Below are positions 1 to 11,509 of a DNA stretch of 58,369 nucleotides, piece by piece. The stretch covers positions 1 through 58,369 of the forward strand of contig DF237522.1 in NCBI GenBank assembly GCA_000708835.1. The letters run 5' to 3'. A model generated the notes under the pieces. That model did not search any database. It saw nothing but the letters and a program-made list of their open reading frames with translations, and had not been told where the DNA came from. How positions within the stretch are numbered: position 1 is the stretch's first letter; every line of letters begins with the position of its first letter. The position numbers were made by a program, and so were the translations under genes. Source of the stretch: Klebsormidium nitens (taxonomy: Eukaryota; Plantae; Klebsormidiophyceae).

Positions 1-40
1 GAAAATCTTCAAATATCTTGCGCAGAAGAGAAGGGGCGTG

Positions 41-76
41 TGACGTGGCATTGTTGTACCCGGATCGAACCCTAAA
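41..76 (+). promoter_or_regulatory. Candidate promoter motifs upstream of HID1: TGACGTGGCA (G-box/ABRE-like, 41-50) and telo-box-like AACCCTAAA (68-76)
   Basis: Motifs read directly in the sequence about 600 bp upstream of the HID1 ATG. Function is inferred from plant cis-element consensus only. Confidence 0.3.
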
Positions 77-668
77 TTTCTGAGGGGGCTTGAAGTTGAG
101 TTGGCTAGAGTCCGACGTGACATTTCGTTTGCCGTCCGCCACGCTCGTATGCTTTGGAAAAACTTGTATATGCACTGGGCCGGTTGCCGCTCCCGGTCGA
201 AACCTACATAACACTGGGTTAAGGAAAGAACCCACTCATACATGTGACAGGTATAACTTTCTTGGATTTGTTTGCAATAGCAACAAACCCATTTGTGAAA
301 CACGCCTTACAACACAATCGATCACAGTTTGAGGAAGGGAAGTCATTCGCTTATGGCGTTCTAAATCCCTCCATTTACACGATGCTCATGCTCAGGCTCT
401 GAAAAGCGGCCTTGCAGATTGGTCTACTCCAGTCTGCTCGCGCCCATGTCCGAACTTTGCGCCTTCGTTTGCCAGTGCAACGGACATTGCACGGCTCAGC
501 TGATTACCATTGGCATCAGCAGGCGAGGTGATAGGTAGGTATCTTATTAATACATCATCTTATTTCTGGCAAGCCTGCCTTTGCTTACCCCTCGGACAAC
601 AGCATAATGCTGCGTTGAGCTAATGTACCCCCCGGACTCACTTGATTTTCTCAGGTCTTTTGCTGATT

Positions 669-3600
669 ATGGGGGCTGCCGATTCGAAGGCGGCTGTTCA
701 GGAGGCTGTGGAGAAAGTCCGCTCTGAGTCGGTCACTTTCCAAGACCAGAAGCTGTGGGATGTCATCATCAACTCCCCACAGAGTAGCGAAGATGTTGTG
801 CAATGGCTGAAAGTGGAAGAACTGCGGCAGATACGCGATGAGCGGCCCAGGAACTTTGCGCTGTTTACTCTACAGGTATGTTGCTATCCTCACTTCCTCT
901 GATCTCCAGCTCCTTCGTTTTTGTTCTCAACGTGGCCCTTGATACTGATTTTGTCGCGTATAGCTGCATCAGGTTGCTTATTCTATCATCTTAAAACTGA
1001 TCTGCATTTGCTGGCTTTCAGTAAAGTGCAAAGCAGCAGGGATTTACTAGATCGCAAGCCAGCAGAGAGGGGTTGAATTATTGCAATGGCACTGAACTGT
1101 CTTGCTTACGATGATGTAGATCAGCTGCCACCATCTTGTGCCATCAAATGGTTCCCAAAGAATTTCAAAAGTCATTCGGAAGTGATCTTAGGAAACTTTC
1201 TAGATCCAGTACCCAGTACTCTGCATTGCAGGGGTCAGGCGCTCGCACAAAGATCTTGCCACAATGTACTCTAAATTTCATGGGGCGATGCATTGCTTCC
1301 TGAGCCAGATTGCTTGAGAGAGGATGACAAGGTCCAGAAGGAAAAGGGAAGCGGCACATTCTTCTGCAGATTTATTTGACGATGGCACGTCGCCCTTCCC
1401 CCACGCATTGCATCAAACCCTGTGCTGAGTATCGGAGAATTGAAAGTCAGCAGACTCGTAAAAGTTCTATCTTTTGCAAGCTCCAGAGCAGGAACTGCTA
1501 CTGGCGGTGGACGCCAAGCGCCGCTATGCCCCAGCCGCTTCCAAAGCCGATGGAGCTTATCTCCTTGGTCGCAGGTGCTCATGCGCCTGGAGGAGATTAT
1601 TCACGCCACTCAGAACATCAAGCCAGGACGAGCCCCGCACATGCGGGAGAGCTTCTTTGCAGAGGTGCTGGCATGCCTGCGTTTGATCAGCAGGGTGAGT
1701 TCCACTGACGCCTTTGTGGACAATCAGCACTGGTGCTTTTCGGCAGACCGAATGGGGCTTGTGCCTTTTGTATCAATTTGGACCCGACAGACTCCTTCCT
1801 TGCTTGACCCTTGTGCTTCTGGACGTGGATTCCTTCCCCGCACCGTGGGGAAGATTATTGTTAAGTGTCGAGGCGTATCGGACACGCTTTGAAGCAAAAA
1901 GATGGATGAAGTTGTGAACGAGGTTTTACGGCAGTTGGCCGGTTGCGAAGAGGTGTGAGCAGAAAGGAGGCAAGAGAAAGAAGGCAGCGAGGGATTGTTT
2001 GCAACACCTCTACCACTGTGCACAGCCATTTCGAGGTTCACTCAAACATTTGGTTTGCAGCGACTCGTATCTTTGCCACAAAATGTTGCCGTCCCATAGC
2101 CGTGTCCTAGCGCCAGCACTTGTCCAGACATCAGGCTCCGGTACAGATTGCAAGCGACTCGAGCCCCTATTCTGGAGGAGGAAATCAACGACCCTTCCTT
2201 TGATGTTCTTGCAGCTTCTTCCCATCCTACTTGAAGATGCACTGACGATCGGAGAGGGGGGCTCCGCAGGCTGGGCTTACGTAAGCACCTTCACTCCCCT
2301 CCGACGAGATGAAGGTGGTTGATCAACACTAAGGTCCTCCTCTTGCGAACTGGGGCAAGGTCACCTGGCTTTTGCTGCTTCAGAGTCACTATTTCGGATT
2401 GCCGAGATAGGTGTCGGAGTGTATTGCGACCACTAATCAGCTAGCAAGTCAGCCATCCTGTCGCACTCATAAATTCTAGTCACGCGTTTGGCAAACTGCA
2501 GTACAACCACTTTGTCATCCATTGGCATACCTTTATTGCGAACCCTGTGAGTCCGGTGCTCTGTAGTGGCTTCTTACTGCCTCCGTATAGGCCACGCTCT
2601 TACCGAAACTAGACAGGTGCTTTCTTAGTGACCTCCCGTCTACGTCTTTTGCACAACTGCAGGCTTTCCTATGGGAGAACACACTCCCTAAACCTCTGGA
2701 AAACAAAGCGCCTCAACAGGGCTCGCCTTCTGCAACCGCACCCCCCAGCGCGCCAAGCGAGGGTCCCAGCGCAGCCTCAGGAACTTCCAGCAGCGAGCCG
2801 CAAAAAGAGGTTCCAGCAGAAAAGACAACGTCAGCAATTGATCTAAACCCTGCCCCTGCCCCCGCATCCGGAGAGCTCGTCGGGACTCCCGCACCCGTCT
2901 CCCCTCAGGCCTCCGAAGCCGTCTCGCCCTTAGCACCCAATGAACAGCCGCCAGCTGGCAGCGAGATCTCGGAGGAGGAACCAGCAGACGGCGCAGCCGG
3001 GGGGGCTGACGGGGCAGGAACGCCAACCCCCCGGAAGAAGGGGTCACGGCGGGGGGGTCTGACTGAGGAAGAAATGAGGGAGGAGGAAGAGAGGCAGGCG
3101 CGGAACGTGGGGCGGCGGGTTGTGGACGCGGTTATGGCTCTGCTGTTCTGTGAAAACTGGACGCTGGCGATTGGATCCGTGGGGACTGTGTGGGCGTCTG
3201 GCGTCCGAGGTCTGGTAGCCCAGGTGAGGCGTTTCATGGACCTGAATTTTAAACGTAACAACATAAGGCATAAACTCAGATTGGTTCTCATCCAATGATT
3301 GTTTTCTGGTACTCAAACTGGCAGATGCCGTGTGCAACTTACGAGTCCGATCTACGTCTGAGAGGATACATGCCGCAATCCAAGTAAACGTGTCGACTAC
3401 AATGATGCGGGGCTAAGTTCGAAGCTGGGCCTTCTAATGGAGCCGTCGGTCAGTTTCAGTGATGCCACGAAAGTCATCCAAGTCATCCACTTGGCTTAAC
3501 TGATTGTCGGAAGCACTAAAAACAGGCTGCACGCCCGGTGAACCTCATAACCATGTGATCTTACAATGCATGAGCTCAGATTGGTTCTCATCCATCGACT

Positions 3601-6600
3601 GTTCTGTGCCTCATCCAAGCTTGAATCATTTTATCATCCTCCCGCTGCCATCGTACCCGTCTCTTGTCATTTTTTGTGCACAAGGCTTTTTATGCTCCTT
3701 ATCGTGTGCAGCGCTTTCCTCGGAGGGAGGCCCAGGTCGTTTTGCGATCAATCTGACCGTCAATGAATGTTCAGCCAGTCACTTGCTCATCAACGGCTCA
3801 GATCTTTTCGTTTCTATCCTGCAGCCATCCTGGCCGTCGATGGACTCCATCCGAGCAGAAACGCTCCGTACGCTTCTGATCATCTGCAGCGAACCGCTCT
3901 ACCTCCCTCCCGGAAAGCAGGCGTCGCAGACCAAGCCGTTCCTGTTCCAAGTCACGGGGAGCGCCAATGCGCACCCTCGCGCCAAGGACCTCTTCTTTTC
4001 GCTGCTTAACCTCATCATCTCGTATCAGCCCGGGGGCTGGGTTCTAAACCATGGGAAGGTGAGAAAATTTCGGTAGTGGTTGCTTTTGCAGTGCTGTCTA
4101 AGCTCTTCTCCTCTGTGGTTTTCTCGATGGTTGACCGTAGACAGAGAGAAAGTCGCGCCGTAATCAATTGAAGAGGAGTAACATATCATGTGCACCGCCG
4201 CCTCCGATCATTATTCAGCTACTCTTGATCCGTTAACCCGAGAAAAAAATTCTTGAGGTACTTGCTTCTTTCAGTTGCCAAATGAGTACAATTCACGCTT
4301 CTGCAGAACCCCGCGAGCCACCTTATCGACGTCGCCTCGCACATCCTTCTCGCGCTCCTCGACTACCATCTGCGCCGCCCCCTCAAACAAGTTTTCAGCT
4401 GCTCTAAAAAACTTCACAAAAGATGCGTTTGTCAGATAAGCTATGCTCAATTACAAGTCACATATTATGCAGAACCCCGCGAGCCACCTTATCGACGTCG
4501 CCTCGCACGTCCTTCTCGCGCTCCTCGACTACAGCCCCACCGCCGCCCCGACCCACCCGCACTTGGGCCCTGCGCTGCTGCCGCTGATGTCAGAGCACCC
4601 CCTAACCAATGGCGGGACGGCAAACGGCACATCGTCGCTTGCCAACATTCCGGAAGAAGGACCTTCCAACATCTTCAGGTACGGTTTTCAATTCCTGCTA
4701 ACGTCCTGGTTTTCAGGTGGTAAAGATTCACTCCCGTTGGACTGCTATGCAGCCGTCCGCAAATGGGACGAAACGGTTGGCGAACATCTGGAAGAAGGAC
4801 CTTCTGGATTAGCTTATAGTACGATCTTCAGATCGTCTTTACCGTTGATTTTTCCAAGGAAAGCGCATGCAAAAATATGACTGCGGCTCCCTTCTGCGCG
4901 AGCACCCCACCAACTACAAGTGATAATCCAGTGACGACCCAAAGCAGAGTATCGCAATGAGGGTTCGTTTTACCAGCTCTTTTTCCTCCCTGCAGGCAGC
5001 TCGTGGTGAGTAAGAGCGACATTCTCGACTTCAAGCTCATCTTCTCCGGTCTCGTTCCTCCTTTTCACGTTTTGATCCTTCTCAAGATTCCAACCGGTTT
5101 CAGGAGGTCCAACCGGTTCCAGGTCGACGCCTTCAAAGTAGGGTTATCAGACTGAGGGTGCACAAACCCGGTTTTTGTTTCACTCTGCATGGAGGCTAAA
5201 CACGAGGGTTGAGCTCAAACCCACTTTTGTTCGTTGCGTTGCAGGCGTTGCGTTCGGCGACTATCAACAGCTTACGCTTTCATACTTGTTCGGTCTCGTT
5301 CCGCCTCTTATTTTATCAAGTCTCCTACCATTTTCACCAGATTCAACCAGATTCAGAATGCTTTTAACAAAAGGTGCACAAAACTCGTCTTTCTTCCCCC
5401 CTGCTGGCTGCTCGTAGCGACCATTGATGACGTCCCCGACTTTGCTCTCACCTTCTCCGGTTCCGCTCCGCCTCTTCCTATATCAGTTTCTCTGATATTT
5501 TTTGCCCAATCTCAGGATGCTGATCCTGTTTCAAGGCTTATGAAAAACGTGGATTGACAAAAATTCCTTACGTGCCCCCTGCAGGCTGCTCGTAGCGACC
5601 ATTGATGACGTCCCCGACTTTGCTCTCATCTTCTCCGGTCTCGTTCTGCCTCTTCCTTTGTCACTTTCTCTGATATTTTTTGCCCAATTTCAGGATGCTG
5701 ACCTTGCTTCAAGGGTTATGAAAACGTGGATTGACAAAAAGGTCTTCCGTCCCCCCTGCAGGCAGCTCGTTGCAACCATCGATATGACGTCCCTGACTTC
5801 GCCCTCATCTTCTCCGGTCTCGTCCGCCTGATCACAGATCCGTCTCTCAAATCTTGGAAAACCGGAGACTGGGTCATGAGATAGCCGGTTTGTCGTCCCT
5901 CGTGAAGGCAGGTTAAGCAGGAGGATTAAGCCTCAGTCCAGAATCCTTTTCCTTGCAGGCTGCTCGTGGCGACTATCGATGACGTTCCCGCCTTTGCTCT
6001 CATCTTCTCCGGTCTCGCCCGCCTGATCACAGATCGGTCTTCCAAATTTCGGGAAAAGAGGAACTGGGTCATGAGAAACCTGGTGTTAAGCAGGAGGGTT
6101 AAGCCTGAGTCCAGAGTCCATTTTCTCGCAGGCAGCTCGTGGCGACTATCGATGACGTTCCCGACTTCGCGCTCATCTTCTCCGGTCTTGTTTCGCAGTG
6201 TTTGAATCAGTCCCTCTAAAAACCAACCGGTTTCAGGATTAGTCGTCAACGAGTTTTGGATTGGAGTTTACAAACCCGTTTCTCGTTTCCTGCAGGCAGC
6301 TCGTGGCGACCATAGACGACGTTTCCGACTTCGCCCTCATCTTCTCCGGTCTCGTCCGGCTCATCAAGAACCCCGTCGTCATAAGCGGGGAAGCCGTCGT
6401 TCAAAGCACGCGGCGCGTCGACTGCTACCAGGAGATTCTGGTCCTCTGCTGGAAGCTGCTGGAAGGCAACCCCGCGTTCCTTGATTACGTGTGCGCGCTG
6501 CCGAACGTGTACGATCTGCTGGAGCCGCTCCTGGCGCTGATTTACACCGCAAGAACGGTGAGCCCGGGGGATATTATCGACTCCTGGGTTGAAATCGAGC

Positions 6601-8905
6601 CTTGTCTTCTCTCAGAAGAAAGGAAGGAGAACAAGGACTCCGGCGGACTCCCTGGGGACCCCCTTTTATCATTACCCCTTCGATCGACAGTCAATATCAG
6701 TAATTTGATCAACTCAGACCGTCGATCCTAGGGGGTAATAAGTGGGAGGGGTGTCTTACGTCTGCTCGGGACTCACCCGTTCTTCTTCCATCCGTTCTGT
6801 CAGCACAAACCTGAGGAGGGTGCTATCAGCAGCAAGAGTCGCTCTTCACGCTCGATTACATGGCAAGAACACTAATTGGCTGGATAATCACACCCCGAAA
6901 TTTTCTTGAGGAACACTCGTCTGCAGAAGGGACGTTTGCAGATCAGCCGAAGGGTTGACGGCCAAAAGAGAACGAAGCCAGGTACCATCTCAAGTTGGGT
7001 AAATCGAGGCACACCAAAGTGCACACTGAATGCACACCCAAAAAGCAACCACTGTTGTCCTCAGGACTCGGCCAAGATCGGTGTGATGCACGTGGGCGCC
7101 TTCATTTTGCTCCTCCTCAGTTCCCGCCGCAGCTTCGGCGTCGCTCTCAACAAGCCCGCGGCCGCCGCCAACTACGCGCCCCTCGAGCTGCCGCGGAACT
7201 TCCGGGGTTGCCACGCAGACGCGCTCATACACGTCCTCTATAAGGTGAGCCAATTCAAGGATACCAGTCCGTCGACTTTAGGTTGGGGTTTAGGGTTTGG
7301 TCTGGGGTTGGGGGTGGGGTTGGGCATTGGTTTATCATTTGGGCACCTAAGGCGCCACGCAACTCCCAGGGTTGCCAGGCAGGCGCGCCCATACACGTTC
7401 TCTACAAAGTGAATGGGTTCCCATTTTTGTTCCTTGCACGTGGGGAAAGCGTTGATAGATTTCGAGCATTTTTTACCTTTCTGGCACCTTCACGCTCTGC
7501 GCAAACCTCGTGGAATGTCGACAGACGCCTCATACACGAATGCGCAAGGCGAATGTCTTTTCCGAATTTTGCGTAAAAGGCAACAAGAAAAGCGAGGAGA
7601 CTCTCGACACTAAAGTGGCCAAACTTCCAATTTTGGTTGGAGAAGAAGGAGGAAGAACGGAAAACCCATCCACTTGTGTTTCTCTGTCTTCTAGGCCTTG
7701 TTCAACAGAGGCGACCGAGTACAGCTACGATTCTCCCATTGGATGATGCATCCCATATTGAACTGAGTGAAAGATGTATGGAGACATTTACGCAGAAACA
7801 GCCAATCAAATACTTGCTTCGCTACCTGTTCAGGCGGGGTGCAACGGCGGCGAGCGCGTGACGCCTTCGTACTGCCAAGAATGTCGCCTGCCTTCCGAGA
7901 TTCAGATGGAATACAGAAGAAAGAATAATAAGAAAGAATATCCTAATGTTAACAAGGTCAAAAAGCTCTTCTTTCCCTATGTTCCAGGCTCTGCTCAACG
8001 GCGGCGACCGTGTGGCCCCCCTGTACAGCTGTCTCCTTACGATCCTCGCCAACGTCACCCCCTACACCAAAACCCTCACCATGACGACCGCTGACCGCAT
8101 CGTGACGCTCGTCGAGTTCTTCGCGCACCCGCGGGTCTTCTTTGGCGCCGACGCAAACTACAACTACCTGCGGTACTTGCTCGAGACCGTAAATAACATC
8201 GTTCAGTATCAAGCGGACGGCAACCCCGGCTTGATCTACTGTATCCTGCGTAAGAGCCCCGTGTTCTGGCGGCTCTTTGCGCTGGAGCTTCCGTCGCCCG
8301 ACGATTTGGGGGGGTCAGATGACCCGCTGTCGGAGGGGGGTGAAGAGGCGTCGACGCCCGGAACGGACGAGGGGGGGGGCACGGACTCCCTGGAGAAACG
8401 GCTGTGGACGGAAGCAGCGAAAGGCGGGCATTGGCTGCCGGCTCTCGTTTCGGGGGGGTCGGGGCCCCCTAGTCCCCGGACGAAAGGGTCAGGGAAAGGG
8501 TCGTGGAGGGGGGGGAGGAGAGGACGGCTGGAGGAAGGGGGGATGACGTGGCTAACACCCGAGTGGCTGGCAAGAGTTCAGGCGGAGCTTCCGCTGGCGA
8601 CCGTTGAGCGGATGATAAAGGCGTTGCAACCGGCGATCGACAAGTTGCACGCGGAAAAGCCCCGGCTGACTGAGAGGGACGTGTTGGAATATTTGAAGTC
8701 AACAACACTCGTGGGAATCTTGCCGCTACCGCATAGTATTGTGTGCCGGAAGTATCACGCAAACGCATACACAGATCTCTGGTTTACAGCGTACATATGG
8801 GGCTTAATCTACTTGAGGCAGCAAGAGGCAAGCGTTTTGCCGATAGCAGACGGCCAGCACGTAAAGTTGTTTCGCGTGACGTACATGGACGGTTTGACCA
8901 ATTGA
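669..8905 (+). CDS. HID1: HID1 (Hid1/Ecm30, dymeclin-related) Golgi peripheral membrane protein, about 917 aa, 9 exons
   Basis: join(669..875,1575..1694,2215..2280,2663..3223,3825..4058,4473..4678,6296..6557,7065..7244,7988..8905). All junctions are GT-AG and phases are consistent (2754 nt). N-terminus MGAADSK resembles the myristoylated HID1 start MGSTDSK. Motifs LLTILANVTPY, VNNIVQYQADGNPGLIYCILRK and FTAYIWGLIY match the family as recalled. Confidence 0.9.
4301..4532 (+). repeat. Duplicated acceptor plus first 60 nt of HID1 exon 6 (decoy 4307-4366, real 4473-4532)
   Basis: 59 of 60 nt are identical and both copies are preceded by TGCAG. The decoy runs into an in-frame TAA. Confidence 0.9.
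4991..6360 (+). repeat. Tandem array of 7 decoy copies plus 1 real copy of the HID1 exon-7 acceptor and exon head
   Basis: Units start at 4996, 5245, 5407, 5585, 5762, 5959, 6132 and 6296 (real), spaced 162-249 nt apart. Shared core: GCAG|GCWGCTCGT..GCGAC.AT.GA.GACGT.CCCGACTT.GC.CTCATCTTCTCCGGTCTCG. Confidence 0.9.
6610..6802. mobile_element. MITE-like fold-back element, copy 1 (HID1 intron 7)
   Basis: Right end TTCTTCTTCCATCCGTTCTGTCA. Degenerate left end TCTCAGAAGAAAGGAAGGAGAACA. Internal blocks GGCGGACTCCCT and AGACCGTCGATCCTAG are shared with 21369-21568. Confidence 0.65.
7352..7414 (+). repeat. Degenerate copy of the HID1 exon-8 tail plus donor
   Basis: Translates as PRNSQGCQAGAPIHVLYK|gtgaat versus the real PRNFRGCHADALIHVLYK|gtgagc. 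Confidence 0.8.
7691..7871 (+). repeat. Two degenerate copies of the HID1 exon-9 acceptor plus head (starting at 7695 and 7834)
   Basis: ctag|ALFNRGDRV and tcag|AGCNGGERVTPSY versus the real ccag|ALLNGGDRVAPLY at 7988. Confidence 0.7.
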
Positions 8906-9650
8906 TGCATTGATCCTATCTAGATATATTGTGTTTGGATGTCAGGATCCAGTATTCAACCGGACACTGATGTCAAGGTCAGGTTTTACCCGGGTTCCTA
9001 ATCAGAGTTGAAAATGATCTGATCACTAGGGTCACTGTTGTCCAGTCAGCGACATGCAGATTGGGCTTAAGCGGCCGTCAACCAACTTGCGCAGCCGGGC
9101 AAGCCAGAGACTGCAGCTTGGCGGCGCCCCTCAGTTCTTTGTGTTTGACTCTGAAACCTTCAATCGAAAAATGGTGCTCAATCCCTCATGGATGCCGTCA
9201 CACTATTTGGCATGTATATTTACACGCGCACGAGTGACTCTGTAAAGCTGCGGTTTTCTGCGCCGTCATTTCCTTTTCTGAAAAGCAAACCATCTGTCCA
9301 TTGCCCTCGAGACTTCAGAGTCGACTCCGGGCGCAGCCACTTCGCAATTCAAGTGAATGTGATCACTCATGCCTTGAAAGAGCCTTGCCAGAAACTCTAG
9401 TTAAGATTTTGTAATAAGCTCACTGACTGAGAATGGAGCTAAGTTGGAAGACAGTGACGGTCTGACATATGTTTTCAGACGGAAACATCGGGAATCGAAC
9501 GGGATGCTGCGCGCGCGAAAGCCAAGCTAGCTGCATGTTAAGGTACCGTCACCGGTACGTTACTCGGAGTTGCGGGCATGCGAAGTCGTGGCCCGTCATT
9601 CTAGTTCGCAACCTTCGTAGCATGAATTCTAATTTCAGGAGAGGTAATAG

Positions 9651-10502
9651 NNNNNNNNNNNNNNNNNNNNNNNNNNNNNNNNNNNNNNNNNNNNNNNNNN
9701 NNNNNNNNNNNNNNNNNNNNNNNNNNNNNNNNNNNNNNNNNNNNNNNNNNNNNNNNNNNNNNNNNNNNNNNNNNNNNNNNNNNNNNNNNNNNNNNNNNNN
9801 NNNNNNNNNNNNNNNNNNNNNNNNNNNNNNNNNNNNNNNNNNNNNNNNNNNNNNNNNNNNNNNNNNNNNNNNNNNNNNNNNNNNNNNNNNNNNNNNNNNN
9901 NNNNNNNNNNNNNNNNNNNNNNNNNNNNNNNNNNNNNNNNNNNNNNNNNNNNNNNNNNNNNNNNNNNNNNNNNNNNNNNNNNNNNNNNNNNNNNNNNNNN
10001 NNNNNNNNNNNNNNNNNNNNNNNNNNNNNNNNNNNNNNNNNNNNNNNNNNNNNNNNNNNNNNNNNNNNNNNNNNNNNNNNNNNNNNNNNNNNNNNNNNNN
10101 NNNNNNNNNNNNNNNNNNNNNNNNNNNNNNNNNNNNNNNNNNNNNNNNNNNNNNNNNNNNNNNNNNNNNNNNNNNNNNNNNNNNNNNNNNNNNNNNNNNN
10201 NNNNNNNNNNNNNNNNNNNNNNNNNNNNNNNNNNNNNNNNNNNNNNNNNNNNNNNNNNNNNNNNNNNNNNNNNNNNNNNNNNNNNNNNNNNNNNNNNNNN
10301 NNNNNNNNNNNNNNNNNNNNNNNNNNNNNNNNNNNNNNNNNNNNNNNNNNNNNNNNNNNNNNNNNNNNNNNNNNNNNNNNNNNNNNNNNNNNNNNNNNNN
10401 NNNNNNNNNNNNNNNNNNNNNNNNNNNNNNNNNNNNNNNNNNNNNNNNNNNNNNNNNNNNNNNNNNNNNNNNNNNNNNNNNNNNNNNNNNNNNNNNNNNN
10501 NN
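9651..10502. other. Assembly gap (N run)
   Basis: 852 consecutive N. Confidence 1.
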
Positions 10503-11509
10503 CCCCTCAGAATCGAAGGAGGCAAGTAAGCAGAGCGCTACCTAGGGCGCCTTCGTGATGATGGCGCCTTTAAAGGGCCTTGTTGGTGCCGCTGTAGGGT
10601 TCTTGATCTGGGATTGACTGCGAAGGCTGTGTAATATGCATACAGAACAGCATCGGCGGTCCTGCTGACGGTTGATGGAGAAGAAAGCAAAATGCAACAT
10701 ATCAAAATACTAGGGGCTCATTCAGGAGGGGGCAGGGAGCAAGGGTGACGTCAGGACAGACTCAAAGCTTGTTCAAAGAGGCGGTCAATTGTGTGTAGGG
10801 CACTTGGCTGTAACTTGTGGTTGTTTCGCTCAGCAGCCTTGGAATCAAAGTCTTGCAAGGCTACGAAAGTGAACCTCTCCGGAAAGGTGGCACCGCAAAG
10901 TGATCGACCTGGTCTGCTGGTAAGCAAAGCAATTATTTGGCCTTTCAGAACGGTTGAACTCACAAGCGATTCTTGAGCAACTAAGAAATAATATGCTAGC
11001 TAGGAGGATGTGAGACGGCGACTTGTCTCCCAACAATCAGCAACGCCGCTCAGTCCACATTCAAAACTTGTAAGTTTTCTTTGAAACGACTACGTTCATG
11101 ACCATGTTGAAATGGGGATGTATGAGGTTGTAAAGGCGCTTGGGGGTTGGGATTGAGGGATTGGAAGTGCTTTTTATGAGGTCAAACCATTGCTGATATG
11201 AGGGCTTTCGGCCGACGAAGAGAATTGCCTGTAATTAAGGGAGGCCGCACAGCTCAAACTTCCTCTTTGTTGCGCCGAAGCAGTCTTTTCAACTGTTCAT
11301 ACTGCCGCTCCTTTGGTTCATTAGCAGCCCTTTCAAACAAACCCGTCGGCAAGGAAAAGACCTAGGGAATCCTTGAGATTCCTAACTCAATCCAGGAGAA
11401 CCGGGCAATTTCTAAATCGTTTCTTCTTTGGCAGAGATGCAGGGGATCCCCAGCCCTTGAGCCCCCAAAGCCCTCCCCCCAAAAGAGGGCGCAATTCCTC
11501 CCCAGGGCA

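Noticed and set aside
1086-1274. ORF MALNCLAY... resembling the HID1 LNC motif
   Set aside because: The corresponding HID1 segment is encoded by exon 1575-1694 (VLACLRLISR), and this ORF has no fitting splice sites or further similarity.
4991-6360. Repeat-spacer pattern resembling a CRISPR array (also 55339-55875)
   Set aside because: The repeats are degenerate copies of a splice acceptor and exon head, the spacers are related to one another, there are no cas genes, and the context is eukaryotic.
9469-10545. Long ORFs of 358 and 296 aa (also 41196-42139)
   Set aside because: They are artefacts of translating through N runs.
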